Shown here in pieces: positions 39,001-52,238 of a DNA stretch of 64,000 nucleotides. The stretch comes from Chiloscyllium plagiosum (Eukaryota). Where the stretch lies: positions 18,231,497-18,295,496 of the forward strand of contig NC_057727.1 in NCBI RefSeq assembly GCF_004010195.1, given 5' to 3'. How positions within the stretch are numbered: position 1 is the first letter of the stretch; each line of letters starts with the position of its first letter. Position numbers and translations under genes: made by a program. The notes beneath the pieces are model-generated. The model did not search any database, was not told the origin of the DNA, and was given only the letters and a program-made list of their open reading frames with translations.

Positions 39001-39495
39001 TACTGTGAACAACTATGGTTCCCTTAGCTAAGAAAGAATATACTGGCTCTTCAGTGGAGGCTCACCAGGCTGACCCCAGATATGGAGTGATAGTCTTATG
39101 AGGAGAGCTTGAATCGTTGGGTATGTACTCACTGAAATATAGAAGAACGAGAGGTAAACTTATTCAAACATAAAAGATTCTTAGGGGATTGGATAGGGTG
39201 GATGTGATCCTCTTGTGGGTGAGTCTAGATTCAGAAGGCATAATCTCAGAGTAGGGTCTCACATTTAAAACATTTACTTTCTTCTCAGAGTGTACCGAAT
39301 CTGTGGAATTCTTTACTGCAGAGGGGTGTTGACGCTGGGTAATTACGTATAGTCAAGGCTGAAATAGACATTTTTAATCTAAAGGGAATCAAAGATTACA
39401 GGGAAAAAGTAGGACAGTGGAATTGATGACTATCAGATTAGCATTGATCTCATTGAATGCGCTACGTCTCCTCTCCCATCTTACGGTCTTATAAA
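36088..39495 (+). mobile_element. Cluster of nested CR1 LINE fragments with a small PLE piece (36467-36590) and an HE1 tail (38725-38830)
   Basis: Several CR1 ORF2 peptides (NPDNCEVMHFG, LTNLLEFFEE) and three separate CR1 tails near 37405, 38230 and 39490. Confidence 0.8.
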
Positions 39496-39889
39496 CTAGT
39501 AATCTGTGTGAAGTTACTGGCTGTAAGATGTGACTACAATTGACAGCAATGAAGGTGTTATTTGTATTTGAATCAATTTCTATGAGCTTAAGAAGATTGT
39601 ATTCTATTCTCAGCATCAAGTCATAGGAAGGATTTGTTGGCTTTGGTGGGAGTGCAGCATGAATTTACCAGATTGATATCTAGATGTCTAGATGCAACAA
39701 TTACATTACAAGGAGAGATGATATAAACCAAAGTTTTATTTCTCAGAATTTGGAAGGGCAAGGAGCAATGACATTTTCACGACATAAAAGGGAACTGATA
39801 GGGTGAGCAGACAATTTCATTACCAAGGGAAATGAGGAATGAAAGTTTGGTTAAAAATTTAAGCCTGAATTTTCAGGAATGAGGTTAAA

Positions 39890-40717
39890 CTGAATTTTAA
39901 ATTAAATTTAATTAGCTTTGTTGTCATATACTCAAATGAATACAATGGAAAGTTTACAAGTTGCCACTCACGATCACATCTTAGGTACAAAAGTACATAT
40001 GTACAAATTTTCAGTACAAGTTCTTAGGAAAAAATTTAGAAAAGAAATAAAACATCCAGAAATACAGATTGTAGGAATAACCTAGAAAATAGAGAATTAA
40101 GAAGTTCAGAACAATGATCTTTCTAACCCAGTCCACGCTGACAGTTAGCTTCCCGTCCAGGCCGGGTCTTGATTCCAGACCATGCTGGGGTTTAACTTGA
40201 GATTCTCAAGGCCAGGAGATCACTCTGGAGTCACCTTGAAACCAGAGGTCCAAACTGAGGCCATGTGGGGCCGAAAGACCACTATGGGCTGTTGAAAAAC
40301 AACCATGCTGGGCCGAGAGACCCATACACTGGGACACTCAGAGATCATCACGCCTGGTTGTTGAGAAAGACCACCATTCCAGGATGACAGATTGCCATGC
40401 TGGTTGAAAAATTGCCACACCAGGCTGGGAGGCTACCATGCCAGGCTAGGAGGCTGCTATGCCAGGCAGGGAGGTCACATCACCAGTCAGGGAACCTGCT
40501 ACACCAGGCTGGGAGGTGCTACATCTGACATGGAAGATGCCTCCCTGGTTCTGCGCTGAGGCTGGGAGTCCGAGGCTGGGTGTTTGAACCGACATTGAGG
40601 CAGGGAGTCCAAGGCTGAAAAAAAGGAGAGAAGAAAGAAAACACAAAAGAGAGAAACGAGAATGTACAGAGTGGACAAGCTCCAGCTGAAGCATCCCACT
40701 CTGCCACCATCTTGGAC
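39890..40717 (-). mobile_element. Unclassified non-autonomous retroposon-like insertion with internal tandem repeats
   Basis: Minus strand starts CCAAGATGGTGGC, has repeated ACCAGGCTGGGAGG-like units and an AT-rich tail; splits an old CR1 with an ATGAG(G/A)TTA duplication. Confidence 0.5.
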
Positions 40718-41199
40718 ATGAGATTAGCAAATACTTATGTACACAAAGGGTGATAGAACTGTTTTTCACAATAGCAATTGATGCTACTTTAATTAGTTGT
40801 TTTAAATCTGAGATTGATAGATTTGTGCTAATTGGAGTTATTAAAGAAGTAAGGCAAATATAAGTATAAGGAACTAGATCACAGATTTATCATGAACTCA
40901 TTGAATTTGGGGCACTTGATGGCCTCCTGTTCTATTCAGGACTACTTTGAAATAATTTTCATTTTTTGTATATGTGCCTAATGCTGAACAATGACAATTC
41001 TTGTGGGTGACCTCAATTAGATTGCAGTTTCTGGAATTTGCGATTATGCAGCCAGTTAACTGGAATAAAATACCCAGCTTGGTAAAGGATAAAATGGAGT
41101 CCAAGCAACACATGCAGTTTTATTCACAAAGTTCCATGCTTACAAGCGTAAACCTCCTAACTCCTCCAACTACTGCTTCAATCTGTATCTATGAATATA

Positions 41200-42462
41200 G
41201 GAAGTATGGTTAGTAAGTTTGTAGATGACATGAAAATTGGTGGTGTGGTAGACAGTGAAGAAGGTCATCTTAGAGTATGAGGTCTTGATCAGATGGACCA
41301 ATGAGCCAAGGAGAGGCAGATGGAGTTTAATTTAGATAAATACGAAGTGTTACATTTTGGTCAGTCAAATCAGGGCAGAACGTATACAATTAATAGTAGA
41401 CCCCTAGGGAATGTTGCTAAACAAAGAGTCCAAAAGGTGCAGGTGCATACTTGCTTGAAAGTGGAGTCACATGTAGACAGTGTGATGAAGAAGGCATTTG
41501 GCATGCTTGCCTTCATTGGTCAGTACGTTGACAACAGGAGTTGGGATATCATGTTGTGCCTGTACTAGACATCAGTGAGGCCAGATTTAGAATACTACAT
41601 TCAATTCTGGTCTCCCTACTGTAGACAAGATGTTGTTAAAATTCAAACAGTTCAGAAAAGCTTTACAAGGATGTTGCTGGGATTGGAGGGTTTGAGCTAT
41701 AGGGAGAGACTGAATAGGTTGGGGCTTTTACCCCTGGAACATCAGAGGCTGAGGGGTGACCTTACAGAGGTTCATAAAATCGTGAGGGGCCTGGATAGGG
41801 TGAACAGCCAAGGTCTTTCTCGCCAGGGTAGGGGAGTGCAAAACCAGACAGCATAGGTTTAAGGTCAGAGGGGAAAGATTTAAAAGGGACCTGAAGGGCA
41901 ATTTCCTCATGCAGAGGGAGGTCCGTGTATAGTCCTAGCTTCTAGTGGAAGTGGTGGAGGCAGGTACAGTTATGAGATTTAAAAGGCATGGAGCAGCACA
42001 GTGGCTCAATGGTTAGCATTGCTGCCTCACACCACCAAGGATCCGAGTTTGATTCCAGCCTCGGGTGACTGTCTGCATGGAGTTTGCACAATCTCCATGT
42101 CTCCATAGATTTCCTCTGGGTGCTCTGGATTCCTTCCACAATCCAAAGATGTACAGGTTAGATGAATTGGCCATCCTAAATTGCCCATAGTGTTCAGGAA
42201 TGTGTAGGTTAGGTGCATCAGTCAGGAGTAAATGTAATGTAATAGAGTAGGGGAATGGATCTGGCTGGTTACTCTTTGGAGGGTTGCCGTGGACTTGTTG
42301 GGCCAAAGGGCCTGTTTCCACACTGTAGGGTTTCTATGCATCTGGATAGACACATGAATAGGAAATTAGAGAAATATGGGTCAAATGTGACAACAAAAGT
42401 TTAGGATATCTGGGTGGCAAGTTGGACAAGTTGGACTGAAGTGTCTGTGCAACTCTATGCCT
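41200..42462 (+). mobile_element. CR1 LINE 3' portion
   Basis: SKFVDDMKIGG, MEFNLDKYEVLHFG, RPDLEYYIQFWSP peptides; tail near 42455. Confidence 0.9.
41990..42336 (+). mobile_element. HE1-type SINE nested in CR1
   Basis: A/B boxes, V core and CCTGTTTCCACACTGTAGGG tail; CR1 AAAAGGCAT / CTGGAT resumes after it. Confidence 0.9.
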
Positions 42463-42804
42463 TGATTAACGAGGGGGTCCTCTAATCAATCCATTCAGAG
42501 TTTTATTACCCATCTTTGGAGGAGGTGGAGCTTGAACCTGGGCCTTGTGTCTCAAAGGTAGCAACACTACCACTACACCACAAGGGGACTACTACACCAC
42601 ATAAAGGATTCTTATGAATGCCCAGTTAATTTCCATCACCTGCATACATTGAAACAATTCATATACAATTTACAGAGAAGCAAACTTCAGAGGACATAAA
42701 CTGGTTAAGCACAAGTATGTCATAAGAGAGATGACAATTTTATGAGAAGAACTATGCTTGCATGATTAGCGACGTATAGCAGAGCAAACAAAATGGAGGC
42801 TAAA

Positions 42805-43140
42805 TAAGTCTGATGAAGGTAGGAATAAAATCAAAAGTACAATGCATTATGGTTTTTATCAGGGCTGCAGTATCCTAAATATGAATTAAAAATAAAACCA
42901 GAAATCAGACCATTAATTATAAAAGAACAACGTAATACAGGAAAGGTGGAAATTACTTAATAAATTTGCAGTATGAGTCTGCATTGAATTCTGAAAAAGA
43001 ATCAAGGGATTGAGCATATTAGATTTCTACATAACGGAAAAAAAACAGTAAAATTTATATGCAATAGGTTTACAGCCATAATCAAGATGCAATTGTAAAC
43101 AATTATGGCTGTCCTAAGATAGAATGTGTTAAGACAAATG
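42805..43140 (+). repeat. Old local duplication, copy 1
   Basis: Co-linear with 43922-44255, sharing TCTGCATTGAATTCTGAA, GGGATTGAGCA and TGCAATTGTAAACAATT blocks. Confidence 0.8.
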
Positions 43141-43267
43141 TGGTGGGGTTCTGAAAATATGTGCAGGATGATTTTGAGGATTTCAGATATGTATTCAACT
43201 GCTCAAATCTCAATGTTAGCAGATTTACATATTAGTTAAAACTAGAGGTAAAGATAGACTCATCATT

Positions 43268-43688
43268 GACCTACCGGATTATCGGCTACTTTCACATTAG
43301 AGATAACTGAAGGCCACCATGCCTTAGACAAGGGGAGAGGTTGAGATGCAGAGTTATTCATTCTAGCAGATTCCGAGGGTGATTCCGCCCTGAAGTCTGT
43401 ATGAAGTCTGTACATCCTCCCCTACATGATTTCCTCCTGCAGTCCAGAAATGTGCAGGCTAGGTGGAGTAACTGTGGAAATGCATGGTTACAGGGATATG
43501 GTAGGGAGGTGGATCTGGGTGGGATGCTCTTCAGGGGTTCAGTCTGGACTCGATGGGATGAATGGCCTACTTCCACACTGTAGGGATTATATGATTCATG
43601 AATCACAGTAACCTCAGCCACTGTAGGAATGTCAGCACTGTTTGCATCACTTTACATTGCAAACCAGCCATCGAGCCAACTGAGCTAA
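43268..43688 (-). mobile_element. tRNA-derived SINE (non-HE1 family) with a nested HE1 3' fragment (about 43400-43595, +)
   Basis: Minus strand begins TTAGCTCAGTTGGCT (A box); the internal piece matches the HE1 3' half. Confidence 0.55.
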
Positions 43689-43747
43689 AACTAGTGTACT
43701 GTGGAAATTGGTAAGTTACAATAAAATCATCCAAGAGTAGTAACTCT

Positions 43748-43767
43748 TTTCGCCACCTGATGGCAGA
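43748..43767 (-). promoter_or_regulatory. Candidate CTCF-binding site
   Basis: Minus strand TGCCATCAGGTGGCGA closely matches the CTCF core CCAYCAGRTGGCR; lies in unique sequence. Confidence 0.5.
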
Positions 43768-43921
43768 ACATGTAGCTTTAGTACTTCATACACCTTCATG
43801 AAGAGAAGCATTTCTCTTGTAAGAAAAGTGCAACCTCATTAAATGATAATTTGCATTCATTGATCTGTGCGTAACACTGGTCAGCCTGACTGACATGTAT
43901 ATTTCTGCAATTCAATGAAAC

Positions 43922-44255
43922 CAAATTCTGGAACCAGTAGGATGGTAGAAATGAAACCATCAATGTGCAGTGGCATAAGGTTGTGTCGAGGCTGCAGTTT
44001 CATAAATGTGTCCAAATTAAAACTGTGAAATCAAAGCATCAATTACAAAAGAACACTGTAATATAGCATAGGTGGGAATTATTTAAAAGATTTGCAGTTC
44101 ACATCTGCATTGAATTCTGAACCTGGGGATTGAGCACATTAGACTCCTATATAGCAGAAAACAAAACAGTAACATTTGTAGGCATTAGGTTCACAGTCAT
44201 AACCAAGTTGCAATTGTAAACAATTGTGGCTGTCTTAAGTGTTAAAACAAATGTT
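43922..44255 (+). repeat. Old local duplication, copy 2
   Basis: See copy 1; clearly diverged, with indels. Confidence 0.8.
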
Positions 44256-44258
44256 AAG

Positions 44259-44565
44259 GGGGCAGCATGGTGGCTCAGTAGTTAGCACCTGCTGCTTCAT
44301 GGTGCCAGGGACCTGGGCTCAATTCCTTGGGTGACTGCCTGTGTGAAATTTGCACATTCTCCCTGTGTCTGCATGGGTTTCCTCCCAGAATCCAAAGATG
44401 TGCAGGTATTACCCAAAGTGTTCAGGGATGTGTAGGTTAGGTGCACTAGACAGGGGTAAACGTAGAGTAGTAGGGGAATGAATCTGGGTAGGACACTCTT
44501 TGGAGGGTCAGTATGGATTTGTTGGGCCAAAAGACCAGTTTCCAAACTGTAGGGATACTATGATT
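44259..44565 (+). mobile_element. HE1-type SINE
   Basis: GGGGCAGCATGGTGGCTCAGT head, V core, tail ...CTGTAGGGATACTATGA. Confidence 0.88.
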
Positions 44566-44583
44566 AAAAACAATCTCTACAGT

Positions 44584-45322
44584 TCTGGATGTAGGTTTGC
44601 TCGCTGACCTGGAAGGGTCATATTTAGATGTTTCATCACCATACTAGGTAACATCTTCAGTGAGCCTCCAAACGAAGCACTGCTGATGATTCCTGCTTTC
44701 TATTTATATGTTTAGGTTTCTTTGGGTTCGTGGTGTCATTTCCTGTGGTGATGTTATTTCCTATGGTGATGTCATTTCCTGTTCTTTTTCTCAGGGGGTG
44801 GTAAATGGGTTCCAACTCAATGTGCTTGTTGATAGGTTGGAATGCCAATGTAATTGTACATTGGACAAACAGGCAGAAAACTACCCACATGAACATCAAC
44901 GAGCCACAAAATGACATGACCTCTCTCACTAGTGTCCTTACATACAGATAAGGAAGGACACTACTTTGTTTGGGACAACACATCCATCCTAGGACAAGGC
45001 TAACGGAGACACACATGAGAATTCCTAGAAGCATGGCATTCTAACCGGAACTCTATCAACAAACACTTTGAGTTGGACCCCATTTACCATCCCCTTGAAA
45101 AAGAACAGTAAATGACATCACCACAGGAAATGACATCACCAACCCAAAGAAACCCAAACATATAAACAGAAAGCAGAAATCATCAGCAGTGCTTCATCCA
45201 GAGACTCACTGAAGATGTTACCGAGTATGGTGACAAAACGTCTGAAAATGAACCTTGCAGCTCAATGAGCAAACCTATGCCCAGAACCTCAATCTGAGCT
45301 ACAAATCTTCTCAAAACTCATT
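44584..45322 (+). mobile_element. Penelope-like element, third family (Penelope/Poseidon-like): inverted pLTR, GIY-YIG remnant, direct pLTR
   Basis: YIGQTGRKL...HEHQRATK...WDNTSILGQA; arms 44584-44825 and 45055-45288 are inverted; perfect 12-bp TSD AATCTCTACAGT. Confidence 0.85.
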
Positions 45323-45524
45323 AATCTCTACAGTGTGGAAATTGGCCATTCAACCATCAAGTCAACACTGACCCTCCAAACAGCATCCCAACCAGTCCTA
45401 CTCCCCTACCTTATCCCTGTAACCAGGCACTTCCAAACGCAAATCTATCTAGCATGCACGTCCATGGACATTACAGAGCAATTTAGCCTGGCCAATCCAC
45501 CCAAACTGCACACCTTTGGATCAG

Positions 45525-47890
45525 CTAGATCTCTGAAGGTGGCAGGGCAGATTACTAGGATAGTCAAGGCGAAATAAGGACACATGTTTTTATCGGTTGC
45601 AACATTGCTTATGTTGGGAGACCACATTATAGGAAGGATGTGATCATTCTAGAAGAGTTGCAGTGGAGATTACTAGGATGGTAAGTAAAAAAAAATGAGA
45701 AACTGCGGATGCTGGAATTCAGAAACTAAAACAGAAATTGTTGGAAAAACTCAGCAGGTGTGGCAACAGCAGTGGATAGAAAGCAGAGTTAACATTTTAG
45801 GTATGAAAATTATCACTGGACCTGCTGAATTTTCCAGCAATTTTCTGGTGTTGTTTCAATAGGATGTTGCCTGGGATCAAGCAGCTTAGTCATGAAGGAA
45901 GTCTGGACAAGCTTGGGTTGTTTTCTTTAGAGCAGAGAAGGTTGAGAGGGGACCTGATTGAAGTGTATAAGATTATCAAGAACAGGGTGGATAGGAAGCA
46001 TCTCTTCCCCTTAATTGAAGGGCCAAGAACAAGGGGACATAATTTTCAGGAAGAAGGCAGGAGGTTTAGGAGGATTTGAGGAAAATCTTTTTCACCTATT
46101 GGGTGGTGGGTGGCTAGATTGCACTGTCTGGGCAGGTAGGTGAGAAAAATACTCGGATGAACATTTGAAACATCATAATATTCAAAGCTATGAGTCAAGT
46201 GCAGTAAAGTGGGACTAGTGTACCATTACAGTCATTTTTTTGTTGATGAGCCAAAGGACTATTAGAGAACAAGATTTACTCAAATTTGGAAAAATATGAA
46301 CTAATTTATGATACACAGCACAGCTTTGTGTAAGGAAGGTCGTGTCTCATAAACTCGATTGGGTTTTTTTGAGAAAGTGACAAAGGTAATGGATCACAAT
46401 AGGGCAGTAGATGATGTCTACATGGACTTTAGCAAGGCCTTTGACAAGGTCCCGAATGGCAGGTTGATATAAAAGGAGACGTCACATGGGATCTACTGTG
46501 AGCTGGTAAGATGGATACAGAACTGATTTAGTCATAGAAGACGGAGTGGCGGTGGAAGGGTATTTTTCTGACTAGAAATTGGTGAACAGTGGGGTTCTGC
46601 AGGGATCAATGCTGGGAGCCCTGTTGTTTGAAAGATATACATTTGATTTGGAGGAGAATGTAGGTGATTTGAATAGTAAGTTTATGGGTGACACAAAGAT
46701 TGAGGGAGCTGTGGATAGTGAGGAGGATTATCAGAAGATACAGTAGGATACAGATAGGCCAGATAGAGATTCTATGACTCTGTGGAGACTTGGACGAAGA
46801 TATGGCAGATGGAATTTAATGCAGGCAAGTGTGAGCTGGTGCATTTTAGAAGGTCTAATCAGGAGGGAAGTATACAGCTAATGGCAGAAGCCTTAGAAGC
46901 GTTAACATACACAGGGATCTAGGTATACAATTCCCTGAAAGTGAAGTGGATATGGTCAGGAAGGCATAAGGAATGCTTGCCTTCATTGGTCAGGGCATAA
47001 ATATAAAAAGTCACAAGTCACGTTGCTCCTGTGTAGAACTCTAGTTAGGTCACCTTTAGAATTTTGGGTACAGTTCTGGTTGCCACACTACCATAAAGAT
47101 ATGGAAGCTTTGGAGAGGGTACAGAAAAGGTTTAGCAGGATGATGCCTAGTTTGAGAGGGGGGGGGGGGGGGTATTAGCTATAAGGAGAGATTGGACAAG
47201 CTTGGTTTGTTTTCACTTAAACATGAGAGGCCAAGGGACGACCTAATGGAAATTTATAAAATGATGAGAGATATCATCATCAAACTGTGTGGAGTTTGCA
47301 CGTTCTCCCCCTGTCTGCGTGGGTTTCCTCCGGGTGCTCCGGTTTCCTCCCACAGTCCAAAGATGTGCAAGCCAGATGAATTGGCCATGCTAAATTTTCC
47401 GTAGTGTTAGGTAAGGGGTAAATGTAGGGGTATGGGCGGGTTGTGCTTCAGCGGGTCGGTGTGGACTTGTTGGGCCAAAGGTCCTGATTCCACACTGTAA
47501 AGTAATCTAATCTAAAGTAATATAATCTAATCTATATGGAAAGAATGAACAGTTGCAGTCCTTTCCCCATGTAGAAATATCAATTGCTTGGGGATGTAGG
47601 TTTAAGGTAAAAAGGGAAAATTTAAAGGAGATGTGAGAGGCAAAATTCTAGACCGAGGGTGGTAACTGCCTAGAATGTGCTGCCAGAGGAGGTGCCAGCA
47701 GATAGAATAGCAATGTTGAATGTTTAAGAGGCATCCTGACAGATACATGAATAGGCAAGGAATGGAGAGGCACAGGCCGCATAGAGGCAGACAACCTTTC
47801 CTTTAGAAGAAAGTCAAATGTTGGTGAAGTCTTAGTGGGCTGACGTGCCTATTCCTTGTTCTTTGTTCGGTACTGCATGATCCTATGATT
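45525..47890 (+). mobile_element. Cluster of CR1 LINE fragments
   Basis: LFSLEQRRLRGDLIEVYKI, YMDFSKAFDKVP and similar peptides; tails near 46260, 46780 and 47885. Confidence 0.85.
47283..47534 (+). mobile_element. 5'-truncated HE1-type SINE
   Basis: V core plus (TCTAA)n tail, nearly identical to the 4256 copy. Confidence 0.9.
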
Positions 47891-50889
47891 TTATACTTCT
47901 ACATTCCATGTCCATGAGGATGTAGCATGCTTTGGATGTCCAAAGAGAAATACAAATTGATTTTTTTAACTTCAATACAACTCTTTGATTCAAATGGTAT
48001 TATTGCACTTTCTCCAGATGCCTAGCTCCACTTTGAGAGCTTGGAGAGCTGGCACACCTAGTTAGATGTCCTTTGCCTGTTATAATGTTTGTGACAAATC
48101 TGTACATAACACAGCAGCATGTAGCCCAATGCTTAATAGTTTATTTTATTTGTATTATCTATTTGTTTTGCCGTGTCTAGGTCTGCAGTATACTTTCCTT
48201 GATCTATGAAACATTCAAATATTATTCAACGTAAGCCCTATTAGTAAAGATGAAAGTTGTCATCGAGTATTTGAAAAATTGTTTGAGTTACTTTGAGTAT
48301 TGCGCATCATCCATTGTTAAATCACATAATTCATTTTGATTGGAGAAGTCTCGTACTTCAGCATAAAAATTACTTGAATGTATGGACATTTGATTTTCAC
48401 ACAATTACCTCAGCGTACAATGGGATCTTGATAAGATAGGCCAATGGGCCGAGGAGTGGCAGATGGAGTTTAGACAAATATGAATTGCTGCATTTTGGAA
48501 AGACAAATTAGGGCAGGATCAAAAAAAATAATAGTAAGGTCCTGGGAAGTGTTGTTGAACAAAAAGACCTTGGAGTGCAGGTTCATAGTTCCTTGAAAGT
48601 AGAGTCTCAGGTAAATAGGATAATGAAGAATGCTTGCCTTTATTGGCCAGAGCATTGAGTATAGGAGGTGTGAGCTGAAAATGTGTTGCTGGAAAAGCGC
48701 AGCAGGTCAGGCAGCATCCAAGGAGCAGGAGAATCGACATTTCAGGCATGAGCCCTTCTTCAGGAATGAGGAAAGTGTGCCAAGCGGGCTAAGATAGAAG
48801 GTAGGGAGGAGGGACTTGGGGGAGGGGCATTGGAAATGCGATAGGTGGAAGGAGGTTAAGGTGAGGGTGATAGGCCGGAGTGCGGGTGGGGGTGGAGAGG
48901 TCAGGAAGAAGATTGCAGGTTAGGAAGGTGGTGCTGAGTTCGAGGGTTGGGACTGAGACAAGGTGGAGGGAGGGTAAATGAGGAAACTGGAGAAGTCTGA
49001 GTTCATCCCTTGTGGTTGGAGGGTTCCTAGGGGGAAGATGAGGCATTCTTCCTCCAGCCATCATGTTGCTATGGTCTGGCGATGGAGGAGTCCAAGGACA
49101 TGCATGTCCTTCCCTGCAATTAGCCCTACACCAGCTCAGGACAACATTCTCACAGACTTGCAAAGGACCTCTACTGTTCTTCATCCACAGAAGAATTCAT
49201 ACACTAAACAAACAGTTTTTCCTAGCCATATCGGAAATTAAAGACAGTAATAACCAAAAACTTTCATGTACTTACACCCACACTCTGGGTTCCTCAACCG
49301 TTCCAGAATCTTCCATCGGCTTCCGAAATCACTTGGGCGCCATTAACCACGCGGTCGTTGCAGCGTCCGCGGCATCAACCGCCTCCGGGAACCATGATGT
49401 CACCTCCACCCCCACTGACCTTGCAGCCTCCGCAATCGCAGCCCAGACAACCACCTCCACAATCGCCAGGAATACCAACGCTGACAGATTCGTGGCCTCC
49501 GCGGGGTGCACGGCTATTGGGACAACACCGTTTCTTCCGTCGCCACAGCCACTTCTGCCCCTGGGTTGCTGTTACCGCAGCCACTTCTGCCCCCATGCCT
49601 AATCCCGCCCCCACTCCCAACTCCAGCCCCAAACCAGGTCCTAGCTCCCAGCCCTGCCATGTTTTCACCATCCCTCCAGAACTACCCCTCTCTGAGGATG
49701 AAAGATCAGTCCTCGGCAGAGGCCTCACCTTCATTCCCCTACGCTCTCGGATTAACGAGTTCAACACGTGGCGAGACATCAAACAATTCTTCCGCCGCCT
49801 TCGTCTCCACGCCTACTTCTTCAACAGGATTCTCGCTCACCCTCTGACGACCCCTTCTCCCACCTCCAACACACCCCATCCACCTGGACACCCCATGCTG
49901 GCCTCTTACCTGTCCTCGATCTCTTCATAGCCAACTGGCGCAGCGACATTAACCGCCTCAACTTCTCCACTCCAACCTCTCACCCTCGGAACGTGCAGCC
50001 CTCCACTCCCTCTGTTCCAACCCCAACCTCACTATCAAACCGGCAGATAAGGGAGGCGCGGTAGTAGTTTGGCGCACTGACCTTTACACCGCTGAGGCTA
50101 AACGCCAGCTCGCAGACACCTCCTCCTACTGCCCCCTTGACCATGACTCCACCTCCCACCACCAAACCATCATCTCCCAGACCATCCATAACCTCATCAC
50201 CTCAGGGGATCTCCCATCCACCGCCTCCAACCTCATAGTCCCACAACCCTGCACCGCCCATTTCTACCTCCTGCCCAAAATCCACAAACCTGACTGCCCC
50301 AGCCGACCCATTGTCTCAGCCTGCTCCTGCCCCACCGAACTAATCTCTGCATACCTCGACACGGTCCTGTCCCCATTAGTCCAAGAACTCCCCACCTACA
50401 TTCGTGACACCACCCACGCCCTCCACCTCCTCCAGGATTTCCGCTTCCCCGGTCCCCAACGCCTCATCTTCAACATGGACATCCAGTCCCTGTACACCTC
50501 CATCCCCCATCACAAAGGACTCAAAGCACTCCGCTTCTTCCTCTCCCGCCGTACCACCCAGTACCCTTCCACCGACACCCTCCTTCGACTGACCGAACTG
50601 GCCCTCACCCTGAACAACTTTTCTTTCCAATCCTCCCACTTTCTCCAAACAAAAGGAGTAGCCATGGGCACCCGCATAGGCCGCAGCTATGCCTGCCTCT
50701 TTGTAGGGTATGTGGAACAATCCATCTTCCGCAAAAACACTGGCCGCACCCCCCCACCTTTTCCGTGAGAGAAACTTAAGAGACTCTTAGATAGGCACAT
50801 GGAACAAAGTAAATGGAAGCATGTAGGTTAGTCTGATCTTAGAGAAGATAAATGGCACAACGTCGAGGGATGAAGGTCCGAACTGCATG

Positions 50890-51350
50890 CATTCCTGTAG
50901 CACTGTGAGCTCAAAAACTGCATGAAGTCATGTAAAACTCCGTTATCTCACTTTTAGATGAGAATCAATCTAAACATCATGGCATAGAGAGAGAACACAG
51001 GGAGGCAACACCGTCACCATATTGTCGAGCTCTTGTTAGCAGTTAACCTGAGAATGCAACTTTAAAAAAAAAGGTTTTGTGATTTTCATATGAAAGAAAT
51101 TAAACTATCATGGTATTCTAACATATGAAAGGCTAACAATCAAATTTTCAATATATAATTTCAGTTACATCACACTGCAAATTTGTCCTATAAATTCTGT
51201 GTTAGGATTGAGCCCTCCACTATCACCTGATGAAGGAGCGATGCTGCGAAAGCTCGAGTGCTTCCAATGAAACCTGTTGGACTATCACCTGGTGTTGTGT
51301 GATTTTTAACTTTGTACACCCCATTCCCACACCAGCATCTTCAAATCAGG
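50890..51350 (+). mobile_element. Short Penelope-associated repeat (second pLTR family)
   Basis: Reverse-complement homolog of 12781-13308; CTGATGAAGGAGCGATGCTGCGAAAGCT at 51227. Confidence 0.7.
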
Positions 51351-51770
51351 ACTGTTCTTTGTTCTGTGCTCTATGAAAGTGCTCAAGTAGACTTGGACAT
51401 TGAGGAAGATTTGAGACTTGGAGCAGGTCAGACTGGTCTTAGTGAAGGGCAAGGCCGGCTTAGGATGTGAATGGCCTGCCCCTGTTTCTGATGTTCTCCC
51501 ATTCTGTTATTGGAAAGTTAGTTGGTGTTATTTTCCTTGAAGGTCTTTTACGGAATGTTGCAATCAGTGATACCAGCGGATTTTGTGAGCCGTCGCTGGG
51601 TGAGTTTTGGGGCCTGTATTCACAGTGAATCTGGGTCTCCAACATGAACAACAAATTACGCACAAGTTACAAAGAGGGGCAGCCATTGCTAGCAGGTTTG
51701 AGGGGTTGAATGGAATGCAGAAACATAGGACTGAGGAGCAGGAGTGGGTCATTAGAGAATTTGAGCCTTC

Positions 51771-52238
51771 NNNNNNNNNNNNNNNNNNNNNNNNNNNNNN
51801 NNNNNNNNNNNNNNNNNNNNNNNNNNNNNNNNNNNNNNNNNNNNNNNNNNNNNNNNNNNNNNNNNNNNNNNNNNNNNNNNNNNNNNNNNNNNNNNNNNNN
51901 NNNNNNNNNNNNNNNNNNNNNNNNNNNNNNNNNNNNNNNNNNNNNNNNNNNNNNNNNNNNNNNNNNNNNNNNNNNNNNNNNNNNNNNNNNNNNNNNNNNN
52001 NNNNNNNNNNNNNNNNNNNNNNNNNNNNNNNNNNNNNNNNNNNNNNNNNNNNNNNNNNNNNNNNNNNNNNNNNNNNNNNNNNNNNNNNNNNNNNNNNNNN
52101 NNNNNNNNNNNNNNNNNNNNNNNNNNNNNNNNNNNNNNNNNNNNNNNNNNNNNNNNNNNNNNNNNNNNNNNNNNNNNNNNNNNNNNNNNNNNNNNNNNNN
52201 NNNNNNNNNNNNNNNNNNNNNNNNNNNNNNNNNNNNNN
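51771..52238. other. Assembly gap (468 N)
   Basis: Run of n. Confidence 1.

Noticed and set aside
40130-40610. Regularly spaced short repeats, superficially CRISPR-like
   Set aside because: Eukaryotic context, degenerate units without unique spacers, no cas genes; it is a minisatellite within an insertion.
47156-47172. Poly-G runs (also 26296-26309)
   Set aside because: Homopolymer expansions inside decayed LINEs, or sequencing noise.
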